DNA of 62,938 bases, filler included, from Candidatus Eiseniibacteriota bacterium (GTDB lineage Bacteria > Orphanbacterota > Orphanbacteria > Orphanbacterales > Orphanbacteraceae): NCBI GenBank assembly GCA_043809585.1. It is 5 parts of 5 records of this genome, joined end to end, with 100 filler letters (N's around TTAATTAATTAA, not from the genome) between each part and the next. Parts side by side here need not be neighbours in the genome. Positions count along the whole stretch, not along the records: positions 13,787 to 22,303 come from JBDROZ010000078.1; positions 22,404 to 29,737 come from JBDROZ010000079.1; 3 more parts are not named here. One strand, given 5' to 3'. A program made the position numbers and the translations under genes. Shown here one piece after another: positions 18,818 to 28,748 of the stretch (positions are counted from its first letter, which is position 1; each line of letters begins with the position of its first letter). A model generated the notes under the pieces. It ran no database searches and was not told the origin of the DNA. It saw only the letters and a list, made by a program, of their open reading frames with translations.

Positions 18818-20812
18818 TCACCGCCCTTCCCTCGCCCAGGGGGGCAGGTCGCCGGGGCCGGGGGCCCGGCCCATCCTCATGCGGAAGCGGCCCGCCGCCT
18901 CCTCGGCCAGATCGTCCCTCCCCGCAGCGGCGGCGAGTTCCGCGAGGACCGCCCACGCCTCGGGGACGCCGGGGAGGGCCCGTGCGACCGTCGCCGCCTC
19001 GAGCACCCCCTCGTCGATCATCCCCGAACGGACGAGCGCCACCGCCCGGCCGAGGCGGACCGGCGCCACCCGCTCCGTCCCCCGCCGGAGCGCCTCGTCG
19101 TACCGCACGAGGGCCTCCTCCGGGCGGCCGAGGGAGAGGAGCGCGTTGCCGAGGTTGGCGTAGACATCGGCGTCCCCCGAATCGGCGGCGAGGGCCCGCT
19201 CGAAGAAGCGGGCCGCCCCTTCGTCGTCCCCCGCCATCGAGCGGGCGAGGGCGAGGTTGTTCCAGACGAAAGGGGCGTAGCCGGGGTCTCGGTCGAGCGC
19301 TTCCCGGAGCACCCGCTCCGCCTCCTCCCCCTCCCCCCGCTCGGCGAGGAGGGTCCCGAGATTGACGAGGATCCTCGGGTTCCCCGGTTCCTCGGCGAGG
19401 GCCTTCCGGTACCAGGTTTCCGCCTCGGCGAGCCGCCCCTCCTCGGCGTAAGCGAAGCCCCGGGAGAAGAACATCTGGGCGAGATCTCTCACTTCCCCGA
19501 CGCCCGCCCACCCGGTGTGGGCGAGAAGGAGCAGGGGGAGGGCGACGGCCGCCGCCCGCCCGAAGGGGAAGCGCCTTCTCTCGCGGGCGAGCCGCACGAG
19601 GAGCCACGCGGCGAAGAGGATCCAGTACGGCATCAGGGGGACCCGGAACCGGGAGCAGACGAAGAAGAGGACGACCCCCGCGGCGAGAAGGGCGAGCATG
19701 AGGATGAGGAGGTCCCTCCCCCGGCGCGCCCCGCCGCCGACGAAGATCCCCGCCGCGCCGAGCGCGATCAGGACCCCCGCCCCCGGCGTGGCGTAGTAGA
19801 GCCAGGGGGCCTCTTCCCTCACGTACGGCCCGAGGAGGCGGTTGTTCGGGATCTCGACCCGGTTGAGGAGGTAGTACACTTTGCGGGCGAGAAGACCCGC
19901 CGCGTCCCCCGGCGAGGAGCGCGCCCACGCCGCCGTCCTCCCGAGCCAGAACCGGGAGACCTCGGCGGGGGTGAGCGGCCCTCCCCTCTCCCGTTCGGCG
20001 ATCCGGCGCGCCGCGAGGGAGACGACGTCCTCGTACCTCTTCGTCTCGTACGCCGCGTCTTGCCACCCCGGCACGGCCGCCGTCTTGCCGTCCGCCGCCG
20101 GGTTGTTTCCGATGTAAAGATTCACTCCCCCCTGGGAGGCGAGCTGGAACTTTCCGTAAGCGATCCGATTCGCCGTCGCCACGCCGGCGGGGGGGATCGC
20201 GATCCCCGTAAGGAGGAGGATCGCCGGAAGCGCGCGCCGTTCGTGGCGCCACGCCCAGAGGGGGAGAAATGGCGCGAGGGAGAGGGCCGTGGGGCGGACC
20301 ACCGCCGCGACCCCGAGGGCGATCCCCGCGAGGAGCCACTGAATGCCCTCCCCCGAGCCCGCCCGGAGCAGAAGCCGGGTCGTCAGGAGAAGGAGAAAGA
20401 GATAGGTCGTGGTGGCGAGGGTTTCGCTTTCGAAGTAGACGAAGGGGTAGTAGAAGAGAAGAAGGGCCGCCGCGACGAGCCCCGTCGGGGGGCCGAAGAT
20501 CCGGTCGCCGATCGCCCGGAGGAGGAGCATCGCCCCGAGGCCGAGAAGCATTTGGAAGATTCGAACCGTATAGGGCCCGGATCCGAAGATCTTGTACAGT
20601 TGTCCCAGAAGGAACGGATAGCCGGGGGCCCGGAAGAGGTCCTGCTCGCTCCCCGGCGACCCTGCGGCCCACGCCTCGGCCCGGTCGTGATACCAGCGGG
20701 CGTCGAGGACGGGGACGCGGAATTCGGGGCTGTCCGACGTGCCGTGCCAGTAAGATAGGCGCATGCCGAGGCCGATAAGTAGGAGGAGGGGGAGGATCAG
20801 GCGGGGCTTCAC
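18818..20812 (-). CDS. ArnT/PMT-like (GT39-type) membrane glycosyltransferase with TPRs
   Basis: LDARWY, FRAPGYPFLL, RP, GGVNLYIGNNP, RFRVP; TPR tail; GTG start assumed. Confidence 0.82.
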   Translation of the reverse strand: MKPRLILPLLLLIGLGMRLSYWHGTSDSPEFRVPVLDARWYHDRAEAWAAGSPGSEQDLFRAPGYPFLLGQLYKIFGSGPYTVRIFQMLLGLGAMLLLRAIGDRIFGPPTGLVAAALLLFYYPFVYFESETLATTTYLFLLLLTTRLLLRAGSGEGIQWLLAGIALGVAAVVRPTALSLAPFLPLWAWRHERRALPAILLLTGIAIPPAGVATANRIAYGKFQLASQGGVNLYIGNNPAADGKTAAVPGWQDAAYETKRYEDVVSLAARRIAERERGGPLTPAEVSRFWLGRTAAWARSSPGDAAGLLARKVYYLLNRVEIPNNRLLGPYVREEAPWLYYATPGAGVLIALGAAGIFVGGGARRGRDLLILMLALLAAGVVLFFVCSRFRVPLMPYWILFAAWLLVRLARERRRFPFGRAAAVALPLLLLAHTGWAGVGEVRDLAQMFFSRGFAYAEEGRLAEAETWYRKALAEEPGNPRILVNLGTLLAERGEGEEAERVLREALDRDPGYAPFVWNNLALARSMAGDDEGAARFFERALAADSGDADVYANLGNALLSLGRPEEALVRYDEALRRGTERVAPVRLGRAVALVRSGMIDEGVLEAATVARALPGVPEAWAVLAELAAAAGRDDLAEEAAGRFRMRMGRAPGPGDLPPWAREGR

Positions 20813-20904
20813 GTTTCGTCGCCTCCCGATCGGTGAAAGGGCGCCCGGCGGAAGGTACCACCGGCGGCGGCGCCCCGTCAACCGGCCGTGGCCGAAGGAG
20901 AACC

Positions 20905-22116
20905 ATGGACTCGAGAGCGCCCCTTCCGATCCGCCCGCGGGGCCGGGCGGTCCTCGCCGCCGGGCTCGGCGGACTGCTCGTTTGGGCCGCCTGCGGCAAG
21001 CACGACAACCCGACCGATCCGGGGACGCCGCCGTCGGTCACGATCTCCTCTCCCGCCGAGGGGAGCGGCGTGTCCGGCATGATCTTCACCGTGTCGGGGA
21101 GCGCCGCCGATCCGGACACGCTCGCGGCGATCCGGCTGAAGGCGGACGGCGAGGTGTTCGCCACGGCGACAGCTTCCCCCTTCTCCTTCACCTTCCCCGC
21201 CTTCCTCTTCCCCGCGGGGGAACCCCTCACCATCACCGTCGAGGCGGAGGACAAGCTCGGGTCGAAGGGATCGGGCGTCGTCCACGTCGACATCGAGGCG
21301 AGGACGCCCCGGGCGGTGGCCGTCACCAATGCCGACCAGGAGAGGGAGCCGGCGTTCTCGCCGGGGGGGGATTTTCTCGCCTACACGTCCGAGGGCTCGG
21401 GGGGGAATCAGGACATCTACACGATTTCCGCCTCGGGGGGGGCGGCCACGCAGATCACGACGAACACGAACGACGACATCTCCCCCGCCTGGTCCCCTCT
21501 CGGCACGTCGATCGCCTTCGCTTCCCGGCGCTCCGGGAACTGGGACATCTGGACCATCCCCGCGACGGGAGGCGCGGCGACGCGGATCACCGAGAGCGGC
21601 GCCCACGACGACAGGGGGCCCGCCTGGTCCCCGAACGGGTCGAAGATCGCCTTCCACTCGAACCGGGACGGCAACTGGAATATCTACGCCGTGGCCATGG
21701 CGGGGGACGCCGCCGCGGGCGTACCCGAGTCCCTCACCACCGCCGCTTCCGCCGAGTCGTCGGCGACCTGGTCGCCGGCCGGCGACGCCGTCGCCTTCAC
21801 CTCGAACCAGCTCTCCCCGGCCGACCTCTGGACCGCGACGCCCCCCTCGGTGATCATCAGCCAGATCGAAGGGGGGAACGACCCGACCTACAAGGAGATC
21901 GACCCCGACTGGTCCCGCAAGGGCCCCTACGTCGTCTACTCGTACAACCGGAACGGGAACTACGACATCTGGGTGCTCGACACCACGACGGGCCGGAAGC
22001 AGATCCTCACCACCCACCAGAACGCCGACCGTGAGCCGGTCTGGTCCCCTCAGGGGGACAAGATCGCCTTCGCCTCGAACCGGAACGGGACGTGGGATTT
22101 GTTCATCCTGGAGTAA
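20905..22116 (+). CDS. Lipoprotein with Ig-like domain and TolB-like PD40 propeller
   Basis: RBS AAGGAG; lipobox WAAC; PPSVTISSP; repeated PAWSPxGxxIAF.S.R.GNWDI. Confidence 0.85.
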   Translation: MDSRAPLPIRPRGRAVLAAGLGGLLVWAACGKHDNPTDPGTPPSVTISSPAEGSGVSGMIFTVSGSAADPDTLAAIRLKADGEVFATATASPFSFTFPAFLFPAGEPLTITVEAEDKLGSKGSGVVHVDIEARTPRAVAVTNADQEREPAFSPGGDFLAYTSEGSGGNQDIYTISASGGAATQITTNTNDDISPAWSPLGTSIAFASRRSGNWDIWTIPATGGAATRITESGAHDDRGPAWSPNGSKIAFHSNRDGNWNIYAVAMAGDAAAGVPESLTTAASAESSATWSPAGDAVAFTSNQLSPADLWTATPPSVIISQIEGGNDPTYKEIDPDWSRKGPYVVYSYNRNGNYDIWVLDTTTGRKQILTTHQNADREPVWSPQGDKIAFASNRNGTWDLFILE

Positions 22117-22164
22117 GACCCGCCCCCTCCGGATTTCCTGCTGCGGGCCGGGATGGAATCCCCC

Positions 22165-22216
22165 CCCGTTCGTCCTGAGTGCCGGCCGGTGAAACCGGCC
22201 GGTGTATCGAAGGACG
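22165..22216 (+). repeat. 52-bp REP-like element, family C
   Basis: CCCGTTCGTCCTGAGTGCC-hairpin-GGTGTATCGAAGGACG; an inverted partial copy starts at about 22288, just before the contig break. Confidence 0.75.
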
Positions 22217-22303
22217 GACCGGGGCAAGTGGAAGAACCTGACCGAGCTCATCAGCTTCGGAGCGAGTGGGGGACTGGTTCCGCCCGAGCCCTTCGATACG
22301 GAC

Positions 22304-22403
22304 NNNNNNNNNNNNNNNNNNNNNNNNNNNNNNNNNNNNNNNNNNNNTTAATTAATTAANNNNNNNNNNNNNNNNNNNNNNNNNNNNNNNNNNNNNNNNN
22401 NNN
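22304..22403. other. Artificial contig linker
   Basis: N + TTAATTAATTAA + N. Confidence 0.98.
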
Positions 22404-22570
22404 CAACCTCCTTCGTCGCGAGATCGAGCGAAAGGTCCGGCGGCAAGGATCAAGGGGGAAAACGCCCGGAGGTGGCCTAAGAAGGCCATTGAGGACGTTT
22501 TTACCCGAGTACGCAGCCGCCGGGCCTTGCAGCCGATCGTAGTAGAATGGAGGTTGTGAAACCGGTTCTA
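22404..22570 (-). mobile_element. MITE family A (about 181 bp), truncated by contig end
   Basis: Near-identical to the reverse complement of 37624..37790; TIR GGAGGTTGTGAAACCGGTTCTA. Confidence 0.8.
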
Positions 22571-22804
22571 GGGAGAACGGAAACGAAGGCGAGGATGTCA
22601 CCGGCATCCGGCCAGTAACGTTTGAAAACCGAGTTGCCTGGGCGCGCACCGGATCGTATGCCTGCTCGTTCTCGGGTCGCATCTGAATCCACCCTGCCCG
22701 ACCCTTCGGGGTGGAGGATGCGAGTTCACCCGCCACGTCCGGTGTGCGCCGCTCTTCTTTCCTGCTTCCGCGCATGGTGGGCGGTCGTCTCGCCATGGGC
22801 GGCT

Positions 22805-23125
22805 TTACGGCGCGAAATCCCTCTCGATCCGAACCCGGAGAACCGCCTCCCCGGCGATCCTGCGCTCGCCCTCGACGCTCACCTCGCCCCCCGCCTCCAA
22901 TCGTCTCGCCTCCTCGGCCCTCACGAAGAGGCGGATCTCACCGGCCCGAAAGTCGGCGTCGGCGGGGGCCCCGCGGTCGCCCGTCTCCACCGAGTAGGCG
23001 AGTGTCGCCTGATCACCCGGTCCGAAACGGATCAGGCGGCGGACCCTCCCCTTCTCGACGAGTTCGGTGAGCTCCGCCCCGTCGAGACGGAGGCGGATCG
23101 AGTTCCCATAGATGCGGATCTTCAC
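22805..23125 (-). CDS. Conserved hypothetical protein (MKIRIxGNSIRLRL-type), last gene of the tup/Moco operon
   Basis: GTGA overlap with the mobA stop; RBS GGGGGTGA; ends LRVRIERDF. Confidence 0.7.
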   Translation of the reverse strand: MKIRIYGNSIRLRLDGAELTELVEKGRVRRLIRFGPGDQATLAYSVETGDRGAPADADFRAGEIRLFVRAEEARRLEAGGEVSVEGERRIAGEAVLRVRIERDFAP

Positions 23126-23793
23126 GTCACCCCCCCACTCGCGCGGGAAAGGCGATCCGCGAGCCCTGGATCACGAATCTGTTCGAGCGAGTTCAGACTC
23201 TCGAAGCACGAGTCCGTGCCGGCCGGGGCATTCACGAGCCGGGGGGACAGGCTTTCGAGAAAAGCCCGCGCAGAGCGGCGGCCCGCCCGGAGCTCCTCCA
23301 GAAGCCTCGGGTGGGCGCCTGAAGGGATCAGCAACGGAAAGGGCTCAGGTCTCTTCGCACCCGGCAGAGAGAAGAGAGCGGGCGCCGCATCCGTAGGCCG
23401 AACGAGGGATCGGAGGAGTGGAAGGGGGAGAAGAGGGAGGTCGCACGGAAGAACGAGGTACTTGTCGTCCCGCCCCGAGGCGAGAAGGGCCTCCAGGCCC
23501 CCGAGGGGGCCGCACATTTCCCACCTGTCCGAAAGGAGGGGAAGATGCTCAAGGCCGGGGGGCAGATGCTCGCCGGAACCGACGAGAACCACCTCCCGGC
23601 AAAGACGGGCGAGCAGAGAGGCGATTCTCTCTCCCATGATCTCGCCGTTGGAAAGGGTGACCGCGGCCTTGGGCTCGCCCATGCGGCGACTTTTCCCCCC
23701 GACGAGCAGAGCGCCCGTATGGGGCCAGAGCGTGACCCCGCCCACTCCCTCGCCGGCCGCTTTGTCGTCCCGAATCGAGTCGCGCACGCTCAT
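23122..23793 (-). CDS. mobA: Molybdenum cofactor guanylyltransferase
   Basis: LLVGGKSRRMGEPKA, GPLGGL, LPCDLP, SLN; ATGA overlap with moaA. Confidence 0.85.
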   Translation of the reverse strand: MSVRDSIRDDKAAGEGVGGVTLWPHTGALLVGGKSRRMGEPKAAVTLSNGEIMGERIASLLARLCREVVLVGSGEHLPPGLEHLPLLSDRWEMCGPLGGLEALLASGRDDKYLVLPCDLPLLPLPLLRSLVRPTDAAPALFSLPGAKRPEPFPLLIPSGAHPRLLEELRAGRRSARAFLESLSPRLVNAPAGTDSCFESLNSLEQIRDPGLADRLSRASGGVT

Positions 23794-24770
23794 CCTCCGA
23801 GCCGGTACATCCCTTCCGTCGATTCCATATGGCCGGCCCACGGTTTCCGGCCGATCGCCTCCCGGACCCCACGCAAGAGGCCTGCCTCGCCCCCCCCCCG
23901 CGTCGAATCGCGAAGAACCGATTTCAGGTCGCTTCCCTCCCGGTGCATGAGACACCCCCGGAGAATCCCTGTCGCGCTCAGTCGGAGCCGGCCGCACTCG
24001 TTGCAGAACGGCCGCGTCACAGGGGCGATAAACCCGATCCCTCCCGTCCTCCCGTTCCCGTCAGAGACCCGATAGGGGATCGAGGTCGTGCCGGGAAAGC
24101 GGGAAAGCTCCGTGAGCTGGAAACCCTCGCGGAGGCGTTCCACCGCACTCGCCATCGAAACGAACCTCTCGCTGTGCAGCAGCCCCGGCCGGCCGATCGG
24201 CATCAACTCAAGAAAACGCACCTCGAGACCCCGGTCCAAGGCGTATCGGACGAACTCGACCACCTCCTCGTCGTTCCAACCCTTCATGAGTACCACGTTC
24301 AGCCGCACCGGCGTGAGTCCCGCCGCCAGGGCCGCCTCGATCCCTTCGAGAGTCCGCCCGAGGTCTCCCCCGCGAGTCAGGTTCTCGAAGAGATCGGGCC
24401 TCAGCGTATCGATGCTGATGTTGACGCGGCGGATTCCCGCCTCTTTCAAAGCTTTCGCGAGAGGGGCGAGAAGCTGTCCGTTGGTGGTGAGGGTCAGCTC
24501 CTCGAGATCGAGACGGGCGAGCCTCTCGATCAGCGACAGTAGGCTGGGCCGAACGAGCGGCTCTCCCCCTGTGATCCGCACCCGGGCGAGCCCGGCGGAT
24601 TCCACCAGACACCGGACCACCCGGATGATCTCGCCGTAGGTCAGGACTTCGCTCTTCGGAACGAGACGGATTCCCACGGCGGGCTGGCAGTAGACGCACC
24701 GGAGATTACAGCGTTCGGTGATCGACAACCGGAGACAGGTAATCTCCCTTCCCCACGGGTCTCTCATCAC
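23790..24770 (-). CDS. moaA: GTP 3',8-cyclase
   Basis: LRLSITERCNLRCVYC, TGGEP, FCNECGRLRL..GCL, C-terminal GG. Confidence 0.95.
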   Translation of the reverse strand: MMRDPWGREITCLRLSITERCNLRCVYCQPAVGIRLVPKSEVLTYGEIIRVVRCLVESAGLARVRITGGEPLVRPSLLSLIERLARLDLEELTLTTNGQLLAPLAKALKEAGIRRVNISIDTLRPDLFENLTRGGDLGRTLEGIEAALAAGLTPVRLNVVLMKGWNDEEVVEFVRYALDRGLEVRFLELMPIGRPGLLHSERFVSMASAVERLREGFQLTELSRFPGTTSIPYRVSDGNGRTGGIGFIAPVTRPFCNECGRLRLSATGILRGCLMHREGSDLKSVLRDSTRGGGEAGLLRGVREAIGRKPWAGHMESTEGMYRLGG

Positions 24771-25963
24771 TTCCCGATCCTGCAGAACCTGACGACGGCC
24801 CCTTTTCCCATTGTTCCCTTCTCCTCGGGGAGGACGGCGATCGAATCCGCCCCCGCGACGGCGAACAGATCGGCCGATCCGTGGGTACGGATCGGCGTGA
24901 GGAGGAATCTCCCATCCTCCCTTTCACAGATGCACGGAGCCAGACTGGTCCTCCCCTCCCTCTTGGTGACCGACTCCGTCAGTTCACCCCGCAAAAAGGC
25001 GGCCAACGGTTTCGGATGACGCAGGAAAGCACGGATCACCGGGCGAACGTACAGCTCAAAGCCGAAGAGCGTCGCGATCGGATTACCGGCGAGGCCGAAT
25101 ACAAGCGTTTTCCCTCGGGCGCCGAAGAGGGTCGGGTAGCCGGGCTTCACGCGGACGTGGCGGAAGAAGACTCGGACACCGCACTCTGCCAGAAGCGGCG
25201 GAACGAGATCGCAGCGTCCCATGGAGACACCGCCGGAAATGACGAGCATGTCGTATCCGAGGCCTTCGGTGACTTTCGCGCGGAGGTCGTCCTCCCTGTC
25301 CCGGGCGATACCGAGGTAATGCGGGAGGGCGCGCGCTTCGGCGATCTGCGACTGAAGCATGTACGCGTTGCTGTTCCAGATCCGCCCCGGTCCAAGCACC
25401 TCTCCCGGCTCGACCAGCTCTTCTCCGGTCGCCGCAAAGGCCACGGCGGGAGGAGCGAAAACACGGGCGGTCTGGCGTCCGGCGGCGGCGAGGATGCCGA
25501 TCCCCGGAGGACCGAGGAGAGTTCCTCTCCGGAGCACCACGTCTCCGGCCCTCACGTCCTCTCCCATTGGCGAGATGTGCGCACCCCGTGGCGGGAGGCG
25601 CATGAACCGCACCCACTCTCCTTCCTCCTCCGATTCTTCCTGCGGGACCACGGTGTCAGCGGCTTCCGGAAGTGGGGCGCCGGTCATGATCCGCGCGCAC
25701 TCCCCTTCGGCGAGTGGGACGCTTAAAGAGTCCCCGGCGCTAATCGTCCCAACGATGCGGTGAAACGAGCGGACGGGCGAATCGGAACGGCGGATGGCGA
25801 AGCCGTCCATCATCGCCCGATCGAAGCGGGGCATGTCGATGTCGGAGACCACCTCCTCCGCCAGGACGTATCCGGTGGCCGCGGTGATCTCGATCTCCGC
25901 AGTTCGGTCACCCTCCACGCTTTTCTCTCCGATGATGCGGATCGCTTCGTCGAAAGTGGTCAT
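24767..25963 (-). CDS. moeA: Molybdopterin molybdo(tungsto)transferase
   Basis: PRFDRAMMDGFA, RIMTGAPLP, GEDV, TGEEL, SGGVSMG, KPG, GLAGNP. Confidence 0.93.
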   Translation of the reverse strand: MTTFDEAIRIIGEKSVEGDRTAEIEITAATGYVLAEEVVSDIDMPRFDRAMMDGFAIRRSDSPVRSFHRIVGTISAGDSLSVPLAEGECARIMTGAPLPEAADTVVPQEESEEEGEWVRFMRLPPRGAHISPMGEDVRAGDVVLRRGTLLGPPGIGILAAAGRQTARVFAPPAVAFAATGEELVEPGEVLGPGRIWNSNAYMLQSQIAEARALPHYLGIARDREDDLRAKVTEGLGYDMLVISGGVSMGRCDLVPPLLAECGVRVFFRHVRVKPGYPTLFGARGKTLVFGLAGNPIATLFGFELYVRPVIRAFLRHPKPLAAFLRGELTESVTKREGRTSLAPCICEREDGRFLLTPIRTHGSADLFAVAGADSIAVLPEEKGTMGKGAVVRFCRIGK

Positions 25964-25970
25964 GCCTTCC

Positions 25971-26948
25971 TCATAAGACCTGCACCGACGCCGCTTTGAA
26001 AGAGACAAGAACCGGGCGGCGCAGGCTCAGCCCCAGATCTTCGTACGATTTCCGGCTGATGAACGCGACGAAGGTCTCCCCGCAATCGATCTCGAGCCAC
26101 ACGTTTTCCCCCCGCATCTCGATCACCTCGATGCGCCCCGGGAAAACATTTCGCATGCTCGAACGGAGAGGTTCGAGCGAGATAACCACGGCCCGCGGGT
26201 TGATCGTGACCGTCGCGATCGACCGAGCGGGTGCGTGGGCGGTGTGGATCCGAAAGCCACGCCGGGTCGTGAGCGTCTCTCCATCGAACTTCCCTGTGAG
26301 AATGTTCTCCGGCTGACCTCGCGAGATCTTGCCGTCCTTGAGCACGAGAGTTCGGCCGGGAAATCTGGATGCCAGCCGGAGATCATGGGTGACGATGAGA
26401 AGCGTCGTTTTACTCGCGGCGAGGACCTCTTCGATGATCTCCTGGGAATGCTGGTCGAGGTGGGCCATCGGCTCGTCGAGAAGGAGAACCTCCGGCTCGG
26501 CGACGAGGACCCGTCCGAGGGCAAGCCGTTTCTGTTCGCCGCCGGACAGGCTTCGCGCGGGCGCCTTCGCGAGCGCCGAGAGGCCGAGTCGTTCGCCCAT
26601 CTCCACGGCCCTCCTTTGGATCTCCCGCCGGGGGACGTGTCTCACCCGGAGGCTATAAGCGAGGTTGGCGGCCACGCTCCCCCGAAAGATCCACGGTTGC
26701 TGCCTCAGGAGGCCGATTCCGGCCCGGCTTGTCCTGCCAGGCATCGCGTCTCGTCCCCGATATCGGAAACATTCCCACGAGGCGGGGCGCTCCAAGAGGG
26801 CGAGAATCCGGAGAAGCGTGGTCTTCCCCGATCCGTTCCGGCCGATCACGGCGAGCTTTTCTCCACGATCGAGACGAAAATCGTCGATCGCGAGCCGAAA
26901 CCGATCGCCGTAATTAAACCGGAGAGCCCGGATTTCATAGAGCGCCAC
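25971..26948 (-). CDS. tupC: Tungstate ABC transporter ATPase with TOBE domain
   Basis: GRNGSGKT, LSGGE, LLLDEP; TOBE SSMRN..FKA. Confidence 0.85.
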   Translation of the reverse strand: MALYEIRALRFNYGDRFRLAIDDFRLDRGEKLAVIGRNGSGKTTLLRILALLERPASWECFRYRGRDAMPGRTSRAGIGLLRQQPWIFRGSVAANLAYSLRVRHVPRREIQRRAVEMGERLGLSALAKAPARSLSGGEQKRLALGRVLVAEPEVLLLDEPMAHLDQHSQEIIEEVLAASKTTLLIVTHDLRLASRFPGRTLVLKDGKISRGQPENILTGKFDGETLTTRRGFRIHTAHAPARSIATVTINPRAVVISLEPLRSSMRNVFPGRIEVIEMRGENVWLEIDCGETFVAFISRKSYEDLGLSLRRPVLVSFKAASVQVL

Positions 26949-27633
26949 TTCGACTCTCCACCAATTGAACGCCGAGGTTGATGCCGAGGACGATCAGAAG
27001 GAGAACGATCCCGAGCGCGACCGCCTCGGGAAACCGGCCCTGTCCGGTCTCGAGGGCGATCGCGGTTGTCATCGTGCGCGTCAGACCGCGGATGTTCCCG
27101 CCAAGGACGAGAGAAATACCGATTTCCGAAACCACCCGCCCGAAGCCGAGGACAACCGCCGTGGCGATCCCCGCCCTCGCTTCGAGAAGGGTCTTCCAAA
27201 AGGCGGCGAGAGGAGAGGCGCCGAGCAGAAGTGCTTCCTCATGGGACGTCCGCATGCTGGAAAAAAGCACGCCGTGAACGAGGGCCGTCATGAGCGGCGT
27301 AACGAGGAGGACCTGGCCGATGACGATCGCTGCCGGCGAGAAGAGAAGTCCGAGTCCGCCGAGCGGGGCGTTCCTGGCGATGAAGGCGTAAACAAAGAGC
27401 CCGACCACCACGGTGGGGAGAGCGAAAGCGGTCTTCAGAAGGGCGAGCACCACCTGCTTTCCGTGGAATCGGTGGATCGCGAGCAGAAACCCGGCCGGGA
27501 GCGACAGAAGGGAGGCGATCAGAGTCGACGTCAGCGAAACGCGCAGGGTCGTTCCGAGAATGGTGAGTAGTTCCCGATCGAGTCGGGCGATGAGGTCGAG
27601 GGCGTCTCCGATGCCGCCCAGCAGGAAACTCAA
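26935..27633 (-). CDS. tupB: Tungstate ABC transporter permease
   Basis: ALPTVVVGL, GFGRVVSEIG..GGNIRGLTRTMTTAIALE. Confidence 0.88.
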   Translation of the reverse strand: MSFLLGGIGDALDLIARLDRELLTILGTTLRVSLTSTLIASLLSLPAGFLLAIHRFHGKQVVLALLKTAFALPTVVVGLFVYAFIARNAPLGGLGLLFSPAAIVIGQVLLVTPLMTALVHGVLFSSMRTSHEEALLLGASPLAAFWKTLLEARAGIATAVVLGFGRVVSEIGISLVLGGNIRGLTRTMTTAIALETGQGRFPEAVALGIVLLLIVLGINLGVQLVESRSGAL

Positions 27634-28472
27634 TTCTTTCTCCTATCCGCCGGATGGGGGTAGAAGAGCGGCTCGCCGCATATGCGGAACTGGGAGATCC
27701 GGTTCTGTCCATCCGCGGAAGTGAGCCACTCAATCAGCGCCTGGGCGCCCTCGTAGTTGCCGGCCGGCCGTCGGCCCGGAGGGACCGCGATCGCCGCATA
27801 CGGGTTGTACAGGAGCGTATCCCCATCGAACAAGACCTCGATTTCGAGATCGGCGGCTCTCGTGAGATACGTCCCGCGGTCGGAAAGGACGTACGCCGAT
27901 TTCTCCTCCGCCATCAGAAGACAGGCGCCCATCCCCTGTCCGGCATCGATATACCAGGGAGCGGAGGGGGCGACGTCCGCCTCTTCCCAAATGGCGACCT
28001 CTTTCATGTGCGTTCCCGAGTTGTCTCCGCGGGAGATGAAAGGCGAGGCGCTCTCGGCGATCCGGCGAAACGCTTCGACCGCGCTCCCGGCATTCGCGAC
28101 CGTCGCCGGATCGGAGGAGGGACCGACAACAACAAAGTCGTTGTACATGATCGGCACACGGGCTTCGCCGAAGCCGGCCCGGACGAAGTCGATCTCGGCG
28201 TCGAGCGCATGGGATAGGATCAAGTCCACATCTCCGCTCTCCCCCAACTTGAGCGCGGCGCCCGATCCGACGGCGACGAAGTCGACCCGTATGCCGGTTA
28301 CCTCCTCGAATGAGGGGAGAAGCTCGTCCAGAAGACCGGTGTTCGCAGTTGAGGTCGTGGTGGCCATCAGGAGCCGGGGGGCAGGCGAATAGTCGTCTCC
28401 CCCCGATCCCCGGCAGGCCGGGAACAGCAGGACGAGGATGAGGGCCGGGATAACCTGTCGGCTCGAAGCCAC
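27630..28472 (-). CDS. tupA: Tungstate-binding lipoprotein
   Basis: ATTTSTANTGLL, FISRGDNSGTH.KE, GQGMG, SDRGTY; lipobox FPAC; GTG with GGAGG RBS (alternative ATG at 28511). Confidence 0.9.
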   Translation of the reverse strand: MASSRQVIPALILVLLFPACRGSGGDDYSPAPRLLMATTTSTANTGLLDELLPSFEEVTGIRVDFVAVGSGAALKLGESGDVDLILSHALDAEIDFVRAGFGEARVPIMYNDFVVVGPSSDPATVANAGSAVEAFRRIAESASPFISRGDNSGTHMKEVAIWEEADVAPSAPWYIDAGQGMGACLLMAEEKSAYVLSDRGTYLTRAADLEIEVLFDGDTLLYNPYAAIAVPPGRRPAGNYEGAQALIEWLTSADGQNRISQFRICGEPLFYPHPADRRKN

Positions 28473-28748
28473 GGCCGCCCCCTCCGAATGCCCCCGGGGA
28501 GGCTGGGACATACACCCAGGACAGCGTAAGGAGTCGGATTCACCTTATCTGACCGTTGACATAGTAGCAGCGCTTTTTCGCGGCGGTCAAGCTGAATTCA
28601 TGCTATTCTTGATACAAATTAGCTGAGCGAATGAATGCGGCGGTCCTATAGAATAATGAGTGCGATGAAACCAACGCCCCAAAGCCCCATTCTGTTGAAG
28701 TTCCGCCTTGACGGCGGGGGAGGTTCCGAAGATGCCTCTTCCGGCGGG

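Noticed and set aside
23122-28472. Tungstate uptake as support for a W-dependent class II BCR or for Hcr maturation
   Set aside because: It is on a different contig, no bamB is seen, and MobA/FdhD serve bis-PGD enzymes whereas Hcr uses MCD
28512-28660. ModE/TunR site or Moco riboswitch between tupA and fdhD
   Set aside because: AT-rich with only weak imperfect palindromes; no consensus match I can support
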